A stretch of DNA of 62,624 bases, the filler included, from Anaerolineae bacterium (GTDB lineage Bacteria; Chloroflexota; Anaerolineae; Epilineales; Epilineaceae), in assembly GCA_029262755.1 (NCBI GenBank). It is 8 parts of 8 records of this genome, joined end to end, with 100 filler letters (N's around TTAATTAATTAA, not from the genome) between each part and the next. Parts side by side here need not be neighbours in the genome. Positions count along the whole stretch, not along the records: positions 49,912 to 58,420 come from JAJCYU010000140.1; positions 58,521 to 62,624 come from JAJCYU010000142.1; 6 more parts are not named here. One strand, 5' to 3'. The notes beneath the pieces are model-generated. The model saw only the letters and a list, made by a program, of their open reading frames with translations. It did not search any database and had not been told where the DNA came from. The stretch's first letter is position 1, and every line of letters starts with the position of its first letter. Positions 55,830 through 62,624 of the stretch are shown here, in pieces. The translations under genes and the position numbers were made by a program.

Positions 55830-57712
55830 GCATGGTCGTGGGCGAGAGCGCGAGCACGGTCGATGAGGCGCAGCGGATGCTGGCGGCTTCGCGATCGGCC
55901 CGCGGCACACGGCGAGCGGCGATCGTAGCTGGTGCGCTGATTTCCGCTCTCGCGGGGCAGGTCGGTCAAGCGCGGGTGGGGCCGATTGGATCCATTGCGC
56001 CGATCGCGTCGATTGCGCGGGCTACGTCGTTCGCGCTGGATACTTCGATTGCGCCGGTGGCGTCGATCGAGCGAAGCGAGTCGATTGCGCTGGTGACGTC
56101 GATCGCATCGGTCGAGCCAATTGCGCCAGCCTCGAATGTGCCGTCGAGGACGTCGATCGCTTCGACTTCGCCGCGCAAGTCGACCGGCCTGCGCACTTCG
56201 ACCGCGTCGCGCACGTCCCCTGCGCCCGCCAACGTCGCCGTCGCGTCCGCGCTGCAGGCGCAGCCCGCGCCGCCGCCGATCGACCGGTCCTCTCCCGGTC
56301 CCTTCGCGGTCGGCCGACGCTCGGCTCTGGTCCCGCGTGCGGAAGGCGAGCCCTTCTCTGCGCTGTTGTTCTACCCGGCGGCCGCGGAGTCGGGCGGCAC
56401 CGTGGAGGCACCCGTCGACGACGCGCCCATCGCGACGGACGGCGCGCCCTTCGCGGGCGTGGTCTTTGGCCACGGTTTCGCGCAGGAACCTTCGCGCTAT
56501 GCCGGCCTTCTGGCCCACATGGCCTCGTGGGGCTACATCCTCGTCGCGCCGGAGAGCCACACGGGGTTGGTCGTGGACCACGCGGCCTACGCGGCGGACT
56601 TCTCGGCCGCTCTGGGTTGGCTGGAGCAGGTCGGTGACGCGGCGCCTGACGATCCCGCGCCGGACGATCCCGCGCATGCCGGTCTCGGCAGCGCGGTGGA
56701 CGGTACGCGGCTCGGGGTCGCCGGGCACTCGATGGGCGGCGGCGCCGCGCTGCTCGCCGCCGCGGCGGACCCGCGCGTGAGCGCATGGATCGTCCTCGCG
56801 CCCGCCGAGACCAGCCCGTCGGCCGTAGCGGCCATGGCCGACGTGACGGCCGTCGGCGCCGTGCTGGCGGGCGATGAAGACGTGATCACGCCGCTACCCG
56901 ACCACGCCCGCCCGATCCACGAAGCCGGCCGTGACGCGCGCCTGCTGACGGTGCTGCGCGGCGGCTCGCACTGCGGCTTCCAGGACGTGCCGTTCCCCCT
57001 CGCTTGCCAAGAGGGCAGCCTCCCGTGGGCGAAGCAACTTGCCCTCACCCGCAACGCGCTGGTCGCGTTCCTCGATCTGCACCTCGGCGTCGTCGATCCT
57101 CTCGGCGCCGGGTCCGGTTCCGATTCCGAAGACCGTGAGGCGGGCGACACGGCCGTCCACGGCCCATACGGGATTTCGCGCGCGACGTGGCGCCACGTCT
57201 GGGGTCCGGATGCGGTCGCGGATCCAGTGGTCGACGTCGATCCCCGCCCCGGAATCTCAGTGCACGCCGAGCCCTTCGTCGCACAGGCCCACGGCATCGT
57301 TCGCGCCCCGGTACGTGTCGCGCGCGGGCCGGACGCGCAGGGCGCGCCTATCGTCGAGCTGCACGCCGACGCGGGCGCATGGCCGGTCCTCACCCCGCGC
57401 CTCCGGACGCCGCCGCTCGCCGCGGGTGAGAGCTATACGCTCACCGTCGAGCTCGCGGTGCCCCTGCGGGATCCGGGCGCAGTCGAAACGGACGTCGACG
57501 AGGTGCTGGTGAGCACGTGGATCGACGGTGAGCCGCTCCAGCGCGTACGCGCCTGGACGCGCCTGCGCATCGAGCGCACGCCCGCCGCGCCGGACGCCGG
57601 GCGGGTGTGGCTGCCGTGGGCGGGGCGTGGGGCGACGGGTGCCGGCGCGGTGGGCGCGGGCGCGTTGGAGCGGAGCCTGGTGGATGCGGGCGGGGCGAGG
57701 ATCGCGCGGTAA
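55826..57712 (+). CDS. Secreted alpha/beta hydrolase (cutinase/chlorophyllase-like)
   Basis: GPFAV, FGHGF, GHSMGGG, GDED, GGSHCGF; GTG overlaps the C45 stop; hydrophobic N-terminal segment. Confidence 0.85.
   Translation: MSMVVGESASTVDEAQRMLAASRSARGTRRAAIVAGALISALAGQVGQARVGPIGSIAPIASIARATSFALDTSIAPVASIERSESIALVTSIASVEPIAPASNVPSRTSIASTSPRKSTGLRTSTASRTSPAPANVAVASALQAQPAPPPIDRSSPGPFAVGRRSALVPRAEGEPFSALLFYPAAAESGGTVEAPVDDAPIATDGAPFAGVVFGHGFAQEPSRYAGLLAHMASWGYILVAPESHTGLVVDHAAYAADFSAALGWLEQVGDAAPDDPAPDDPAHAGLGSAVDGTRLGVAGHSMGGGAALLAAAADPRVSAWIVLAPAETSPSAVAAMADVTAVGAVLAGDEDVITPLPDHARPIHEAGRDARLLTVLRGGSHCGFQDVPFPLACQEGSLPWAKQLALTRNALVAFLDLHLGVVDPLGAGSGSDSEDREAGDTAVHGPYGISRATWRHVWGPDAVADPVVDVDPRPGISVHAEPFVAQAHGIVRAPVRVARGPDAQGAPIVELHADAGAWPVLTPRLRTPPLAAGESYTLTVELAVPLRDPGAVETDVDEVLVSTWIDGEPLQRVRAWTRLRIERTPAAPDAGRVWLPWAGRGATGAGAVGAGALERSLVDAGGARIAR
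55981..56220. repeat. ~12-13 x 18-nt degenerate in-frame repeat (SIAxxx)
   Basis: TCGATTGCG/TCGATCG cores recurring at mostly 18-nt spacing. Confidence 0.85.
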
Positions 57713-57729
57713 AAGTGCGGGAGCGGTTC

Positions 57730-57788
57730 GCCGGTCGGTAGCCGGTCGGTAGCCGGTCGGTCGCCACGTCGGTTGCCGGTCGGTCGCC
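57730..57788. repeat. 5 x 11-nt intergenic tandem repeat
   Basis: GCCGGTCGGTA/C units (one 12-nt variant) between convergent genes. Confidence 0.9.
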
Positions 57789-57897
57789 CCGTCGAGCGAT
57801 CGCCCTGCCACCGGACCGAAACGTTGCCCGGTCGCAACACCACCTGTACGCCCTCACCTCGCGCCCGCATCTCGCGCCCGCCGGATCGCCCTTGCCC

Positions 57898-58420
57898 CTA
57901 CGGTCGCTTCCCCCAGAACCAGCGGCCCGGGCAGGGTAGGCGTGCCGCGATGCGCTCGTACAGCTCGCCGAGGTCGTCGTCGTCCGTTGCGTGATGGAAG
58001 CGGCTGCGGTGGCCGGCGATGCGCTCCAGACCCGGCTGGTCGATCGTGTCGCCGAGACCGACGGTGTGGATCGTGATGCCGAGTGCGCGCGCCGCGTCCG
58101 CTTCGGCGACGGCTACGTCCATCGGTACCGGGTTGGCCAGGCCGTCGGTGAGCACGACGATCGCGCGCTCGACGTGGCCGCGTCCGTTGGTGGCGAGCTC
58201 GTCGCGCGCCACCGCGATGCCGAGATCGAGGCGGGTCTGCATGCGCGATTGAATACGCGCCAGCGCGGCCTGTACATAGATGCGCTCGCCCGTAAGACCC
58301 TGTAGCAGATCGGCCTGGCTGTTGAAGGACACGACCGCGGCCCGGTCGCCGGGCATCACCAGCTGGCGCGTGAAGCGCTCCGCGGCCATGTAGGCCGCCT
58401 CGAGGCGCGAGCGCCCCGCG
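57898..58420 (-). CDS. VWA domain protein, C-terminal fragment
   Basis: DRAAVVSFN, TRLDLG, VVLTDG, IHTVGLG. Confidence 0.88.
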
Positions 58421-58532
58421 NNNNNNNNNNNNNNNNNNNNNNNNNNNNNNNNNNNNNNNNNNNNTTAATTAATTAANNNNNNNNNNNNNNNNNNNNNNNN
58501 NNNNNNNNNNNNNNNNNNNNGAAGGATGCGCC

Positions 58533-61500
58533 CTAGGGTCGCGGGGAGGGTACGCCCGGGCACTCTGGGTGCACCGGGGGGGCGAAGTGGTTGAAGATCG
58601 GGAAGGACTCGTAGGCCTTGGACTCGTCGCCGGGGACGTCGGGCTCGTTGAGGGAGCGGCCGATGCGTTCGACGGCGGTGCCGCCTAGGCCGACCAGGTT
58701 GCGTTGGTGCTGGCCCTGGTCGTCGAAGACGTGGTGCTCCCAGAACATGGCGGAGACGACGGCGGAGCCGAGGTAGCCCTGTGGCATCCAGCCCCACGAG
58801 TTGAGGTCGATGTACTCGACTTGGCGATCGGAGAGCTTCTCGCAGATGACGTCTAGGAAGCCGTTCTGGTCGAAGAAGAAGATGGCCAGGTCGGTGAAGC
58901 CGGGCTTGGGGACGAGGTTGGTGATGGCGAGTTCGGAGGTGGTGCCCTGGAAGCCCTTGGCCAAGAAGGGGACGGCGAAGACCGCAGAGCCGGTGGTCAG
59001 GCCGCCCTTGCCGGAGCCGATCTGCCAGTCGAAGAGGAGGCACTCGGTGTGGGCGTTGTAGGCGACTGCCTCGCGGCGGCTGGTGCGCGCGGGATCGACC
59101 CAGCGGTCCATGGAGACCACGGACAGGACCTTGGGCGGTTGGACCAGCGGCGTGCCGGGGGCCCACCACTCCTGGCTCTCGACACGGGCCGATCCGACCC
59201 AGTTGCCGGGCAGGGATTCGATGACGGGGAGGAAGAAGGTCTGGGAGCCGCGGGGGCAGACCCAGTCGACGAGGGTGGTGATGACGTCGCCGGAGCGGTC
59301 GAGGAAGTAGACCTTGACCTTGGCGGCGGTGACACCGGAGAGGTTCATGACCTGGATGGCGGAGTCCCAGCCCTGGTACTCGGAGTAGATGAGCGGGGCG
59401 TAGTTGATCTGGTTGCCGATGGTGAGGTCGAGGTCGAAGACGTCGGCGGCCTGACCGATGTAGGAGGTGAAGTGGTTGTCGCCGATGTTGTCGACGACGA
59501 CGCCGAGGGGCTGCGAGGAGCGCAGCCACGCGGTGCCGAGCCAGCCGGGACCCACGACGGTGTTGGGATCGTAGGAGAGGGTCTCGCCGGGCGAGAGGGA
59601 GAGGACGGTGCCGAGGATGGGGCGTAGGCAGTTGTCCTGCGCCTTGAACCACAGCTCGAGGGAGGTGCATTCGTCGCCGGAGTTCTGGATGTGGATGGTG
59701 GAGCTCAGGCCGGCGAGGTCGGCGTAGACGAGGGGCGCGTAGGTGCCGAAGCCGCCGAAGACGGGATCGCGCGCGCCCTCGATGTCGGAAGAGATGCCGA
59801 TGTAGGCGGCGTAGTCGATGATGTTGGGATCGTTGGGCGAGGGGCAGCCGCGGTTGACGGAGATGGCGATGGGCTCGCCGGCGTGGGCGCCGAAGTCGAG
59901 CTCAAGGCGGTTGATGCCGGCCTGGTCGTAGGGGCCGTAGAAGAGGCCGCGGCTACGGTAGGCGATGTCGAACTCGGCCCAGACGTCGTGGCTGCCGACC
60001 ATGAGGTTGAAGAGGCCGCCGCAGACGACATCGGCGAAGGGGCGCGGGTTGCCGCGCTCGGACGGGATGAGGTCGGAGGCGTTGAGCGAGTAGACGACGG
60101 CCGAGGTGGCGCCGGCGGGAATCTGGTTGCCGGTGAAGGTCCACGCGGCGCCGGGCGCGAGCAGGCCGGTGCACTCGAGCTTGAGCGGGCCTGCGGCCTG
60201 CGGTGGGCACGAGCCGTAGTCGCCCCAGGCGACGAGCATGGCCTTGGTTTCCTTGTCGCCGACGTTCTGAACCTGGACGAGGGTTTCGCAGGTGCCGTCG
60301 GGGTTGTTGAGGATGGGCAGCTGTACGCGCCAGTCGACGCCGGCGCAGGGGATCTCGATGATGGCCTCGTCCTCGTCGAAGACATCGTCGAGGCAGGGGA
60401 GGTCGGTGCGGCCGGAGTTGACCGGGTTGGCGGAGACCTCGACGGTGTCGGTGGAGATGCCGCAGACCTTGGTCAGGTGCGGGATGGTGACCTGGCGCAG
60501 GACGGTGGCGCCGGGCGGCACGGGGACCTTGGGATCGTCGGCGAAGGTGATGGTATCGGTGTAGACGATGGTGCCCCAGGGCTCCACGCGGGTGACGAGG
60601 GTGTCGGTGATGCGGATGGTGTCGAGGTAGGTGGTGCCGTCATTGGTGATCTCGAAGCAGAAGGTGACGGGTTGTCCGGTCAGGTTGTAGACGGGAACGT
60701 CCTGGCCGGGACAGAGGCCGTTGAAGGAGATCGTCTTGTCGATGGTGATGGACGGGCACTCGATGGTGGTGGTCTCGACGGCGGCGTTGTTGGCGAGGTC
60801 GGGATCGAGGGTGGGGGTGCGCGGCGTGGTGGGCGGCGCGAGCGGCGCGCCCTCGGGCGGACCCGTGATTACGGGCGGCCATTCGAGGTCGTTGCGCCGC
60901 GTCTCGACGAGAGCGCGGTTGACGGCCTGAGCGCCGCAGGGGGCGTCGAGGCGGACCATGACGTTGATGGTGACGCGCTCGGCGCCGCCGACGTTGATGC
61001 GGCCCAGCTCCGGGACGCCCTCGTTGTTGGGATCGTTGCCGAGGCGGACGGTGATGCGGCCGTCGTCGCGGATCTCGATGACGGTGCCGTTGGTGACGTC
61101 GACCATGACCTGCGCGGGATCGACGGCGACGAAGGCCTCGGGGAGCCAGTCGACGAGGTAGACGTCGGCGGCGTCGGAGGGGCCGTCGTTGGTGACGTCG
61201 AGGAGGTAGGTGATCATGCCGCCCGGCTGGACGGGGTCACATTCGAGGAAGGCGTTGTCTGGGTTGAGGGCGGGATCGCCGAAGATATCGGTCTTGGTGA
61301 GGGTGAGGTCGGCCTCGGCGATGATGCGGGTGCGGTGGGTATCGCGGTTGTTGAAGGGGCGGAAGTCAGTTGTGGTGGAGCTGATGAAGACCGTGTTGCG
61401 CGCGATGACGCCGGGCTCGGAGTTGAAGGGGGTCGCGGCCGGAGCGTTGTCGGCGTCGAGGACGTAGCCGGGGTCGACCAGGGTGATGAGGTAGAAGCCG

Positions 61501-62624
61501 TAGCCGACGCCGGGCTCGAGGGTGCCGAGGCCCGGGGCGGGGATGACGGCCTCGTTCTGAACGAGGAAGCGGTCGACGGAGACGATGTTGGTGACGGGGT
61601 CGTAGGAGCAGGTGACCAGATCGTCGGGATCGAGGGGCTCGCAGCGCAGGAAGGACTCACCGGGAATGCCGGTCTGCTTGAAGTCGAGGGTGTCGGTGAT
61701 GGCGACGTTGACGGCGAAGGAGGGGCCGGCGGTTCCGAAGGTGACGAGGTAGCGGTGCTCGTTGCCGGCGACGGCGTAGTCGGGCTCGAAGGGTCGATCG
61801 AGACGCGGCTCGGCCGGGATGTCGCGCTTGCGGATGGTGTCGGAGTCGGGGGCGCCGATGAGGCCACCGCCGACGGCGCCGCCGCCCGGGCCGCCGATGT
61901 CGGAGACGGCGTTGACGATCACGTCGACGAAGTCGATGTTGTTGGGATCGAAGGGGTCGGGCGTGAGGGGTAGACGGGGTGGATCGGCCTGGAGGAGCGC
62001 CTGGATCCGCGCGTCGAAGGTGCGCTCGTCGCCGGTGAGCGGCGGATCGAGCGGCGGGGGTTGGGTGGGCGGGGTGGAGGCGTGCTCGAGCAGCTCGGCC
62101 TCGTTGCGGATCACGCTCAGGTCCGGTACGGCGGCGTCGACCAAGACGTAGATGTCGAAGGTCTCGCGTGCACCGGCGGGGATGGACCCAAGATCGCAGT
62201 ACAGAACGTTGTTCTGCACGTCATCCGGCCGGCAGTCGGCGCGCTCGGCGCGCAGGAAGGTCACGAGCGTCGTGTCGGGTAGCGTGTCACGAACCGTGAC
62301 GTTGCGCGCGTCGGAGGGCCCGTTGTTCTGCACGGTGATCTCGTAGCGCAGCATCATCCCGGCGGTGACCGCGTCGGGCAGATCCACGGTGATAAAGCGG
62401 CCGAGGATCGCGTCGTAGGCGACGACGTTCTCGCCGACGGAGGTCTTGAGCAGCTCCATGTCCGCCCACGTGTCCACCACGGTCTGGGTGAACGCGTGAT
62501 TGTTGCTGTTGAAGGGATCGAAGATGTCCGACGTCACGAAGGCGTCGTTCTCCAGTACCGCACCCGGCGCGATCGCGCTGTCGACGATGACCTGGAACGA
62601 AACGCTCTTGCTCTGGGCCGGGAA
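58533..62624 (-). CDS. Very large DUF11-repeat surface protein with C-terminal Cys-rich four-repeat module, 5'-truncated
   Basis: Repeated ADL...K...Y.ITV.N.GPSDA..V.V.D.LP units; strongly C-ending codons; C-terminal module paralogous to the 22855 gene. Confidence 0.85.
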   Translation of the reverse strand, partial: FPAQSKSVSFQVIVDSAIAPGAVLENDAFVTSDIFDPFNSNNHAFTQTVVDTWADMELLKTSVGENVVAYDAILGRFITVDLPDAVTAGMMLRYEITVQNNGPSDARNVTVRDTLPDTTLVTFLRAERADCRPDDVQNNVLYCDLGSIPAGARETFDIYVLVDAAVPDLSVIRNEAELLEHASTPPTQPPPLDPPLTGDERTFDARIQALLQADPPRLPLTPDPFDPNNIDFVDVIVNAVSDIGGPGGGAVGGGLIGAPDSDTIRKRDIPAEPRLDRPFEPDYAVAGNEHRYLVTFGTAGPSFAVNVAITDTLDFKQTGIPGESFLRCEPLDPDDLVTCSYDPVTNIVSVDRFLVQNEAVIPAPGLGTLEPGVGYGFYLITLVDPGYVLDADNAPAATPFNSEPGVIARNTVFISSTTTDFRPFNNRDTHRTRIIAEADLTLTKTDIFGDPALNPDNAFLECDPVQPGGMITYLLDVTNDGPSDAADVYLVDWLPEAFVAVDPAQVMVDVTNGTVIEIRDDGRITVRLGNDPNNEGVPELGRINVGGAERVTINVMVRLDAPCGAQAVNRALVETRRNDLEWPPVITGPPEGAPLAPPTTPRTPTLDPDLANNAAVETTTIECPSITIDKTISFNGLCPGQDVPVYNLTGQPVTFCFEITNDGTTYLDTIRITDTLVTRVEPWGTIVYTDTITFADDPKVPVPPGATVLRQVTIPHLTKVCGISTDTVEVSANPVNSGRTDLPCLDDVFDEDEAIIEIPCAGVDWRVQLPILNNPDGTCETLVQVQNVGDKETKAMLVAWGDYGSCPPQAAGPLKLECTGLLAPGAAWTFTGNQIPAGATSAVVYSLNASDLIPSERGNPRPFADVVCGGLFNLMVGSHDVWAEFDIAYRSRGLFYGPYDQAGINRLELDFGAHAGEPIAISVNRGCPSPNDPNIIDYAAYIGISSDIEGARDPVFGGFGTYAPLVYADLAGLSSTIHIQNSGDECTSLELWFKAQDNCLRPILGTVLSLSPGETLSYDPNTVVGPGWLGTAWLRSSQPLGVVVDNIGDNHFTSYIGQAADVFDLDLTIGNQINYAPLIYSEYQGWDSAIQVMNLSGVTAAKVKVYFLDRSGDVITTLVDWVCPRGSQTFFLPVIESLPGNWVGSARVESQEWWAPGTPLVQPPKVLSVVSMDRWVDPARTSRREAVAYNAHTECLLFDWQIGSGKGGLTTGSAVFAVPFLAKGFQGTTSELAITNLVPKPGFTDLAIFFFDQNGFLDVICEKLSDRQVEYIDLNSWGWMPQGYLGSAVVSAMFWEHHVFDDQGQHQRNLVGLGGTAVERIGRSLNEPDVPGDESKAYESFPIFNHFAPPVHPECPGVPSPRP

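Noticed and set aside
59691..61973. 760-aa + strand ORF and other long antisense/alternate-frame ORFs (e.g. 36675-38204, 988-2052, 33427-34752 in full)
   Set aside because: Shadow ORFs from high GC and codon bias opposite well-supported genes; no motifs.

Overview
This is not one locus. It is eight contigs joined by artificial 100-nt spacers (N-runs around TTAATTAATTAA): 1-8027, 8128-22427, 22528-25524, 25625-39641, 39742-47185, 47286-49811, 49912-58420 and 58521-62624. Adjacency across spacers is meaningless. The DNA is GC-rich and bacterial; the secreted-protein repertoire and C-terminal LPxxxR tails suggest a Chloroflexota (Anaerolineae-like) MAG (inference). Contig 1 carries an M15-type peptidase, an alkaline-phosphatase-family enzyme, a methyltransferase, a metallophosphoesterase and a Rieske/glutamate-synthase-FMN fusion. 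Contig 2 is a surface-glycan locus with a visibly lower-GC Wzm/Wzt island, Sat/CysC and a B12 radical SAM enzyme. Contigs 3 and 8 encode two paralogous large proteins sharing a ~600-aa Cys-rich four-repeat module. Contig 4 is a fully translationally coupled EPS operon. Contig 5 has a TorD-like chaperone, an atypical ketosynthase, a subtilase and a trehalose-phosphatase/GH15 fusion. Contig 6 has LVIVD propellers. Contig 7 has a SARP-STAND regulator, a C45 hydrolase, an alpha/beta hydrolase and a VWA protein. Most unusual signals: (a) pervasive CG/TCGA-rich minisatellites with periods divisible by 3 inside genes (15, 18, 48 nt) but 17 or 11 nt between genes, with one core shared across three contigs in different strands and frames; (b) a repeat-built 185-aa ORF coupled at both ends inside the EPS operon; (c) a ~160-nt strand-specific rod-like hairpin at 22637-22798; (d) a ketosynthase lacking the canonical His-His pair. 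No rRNA, tRNA, CRISPR array, transposase, integrase or reverse transcriptase was recognised. All calls are by-eye motif recognition; no searches were run.
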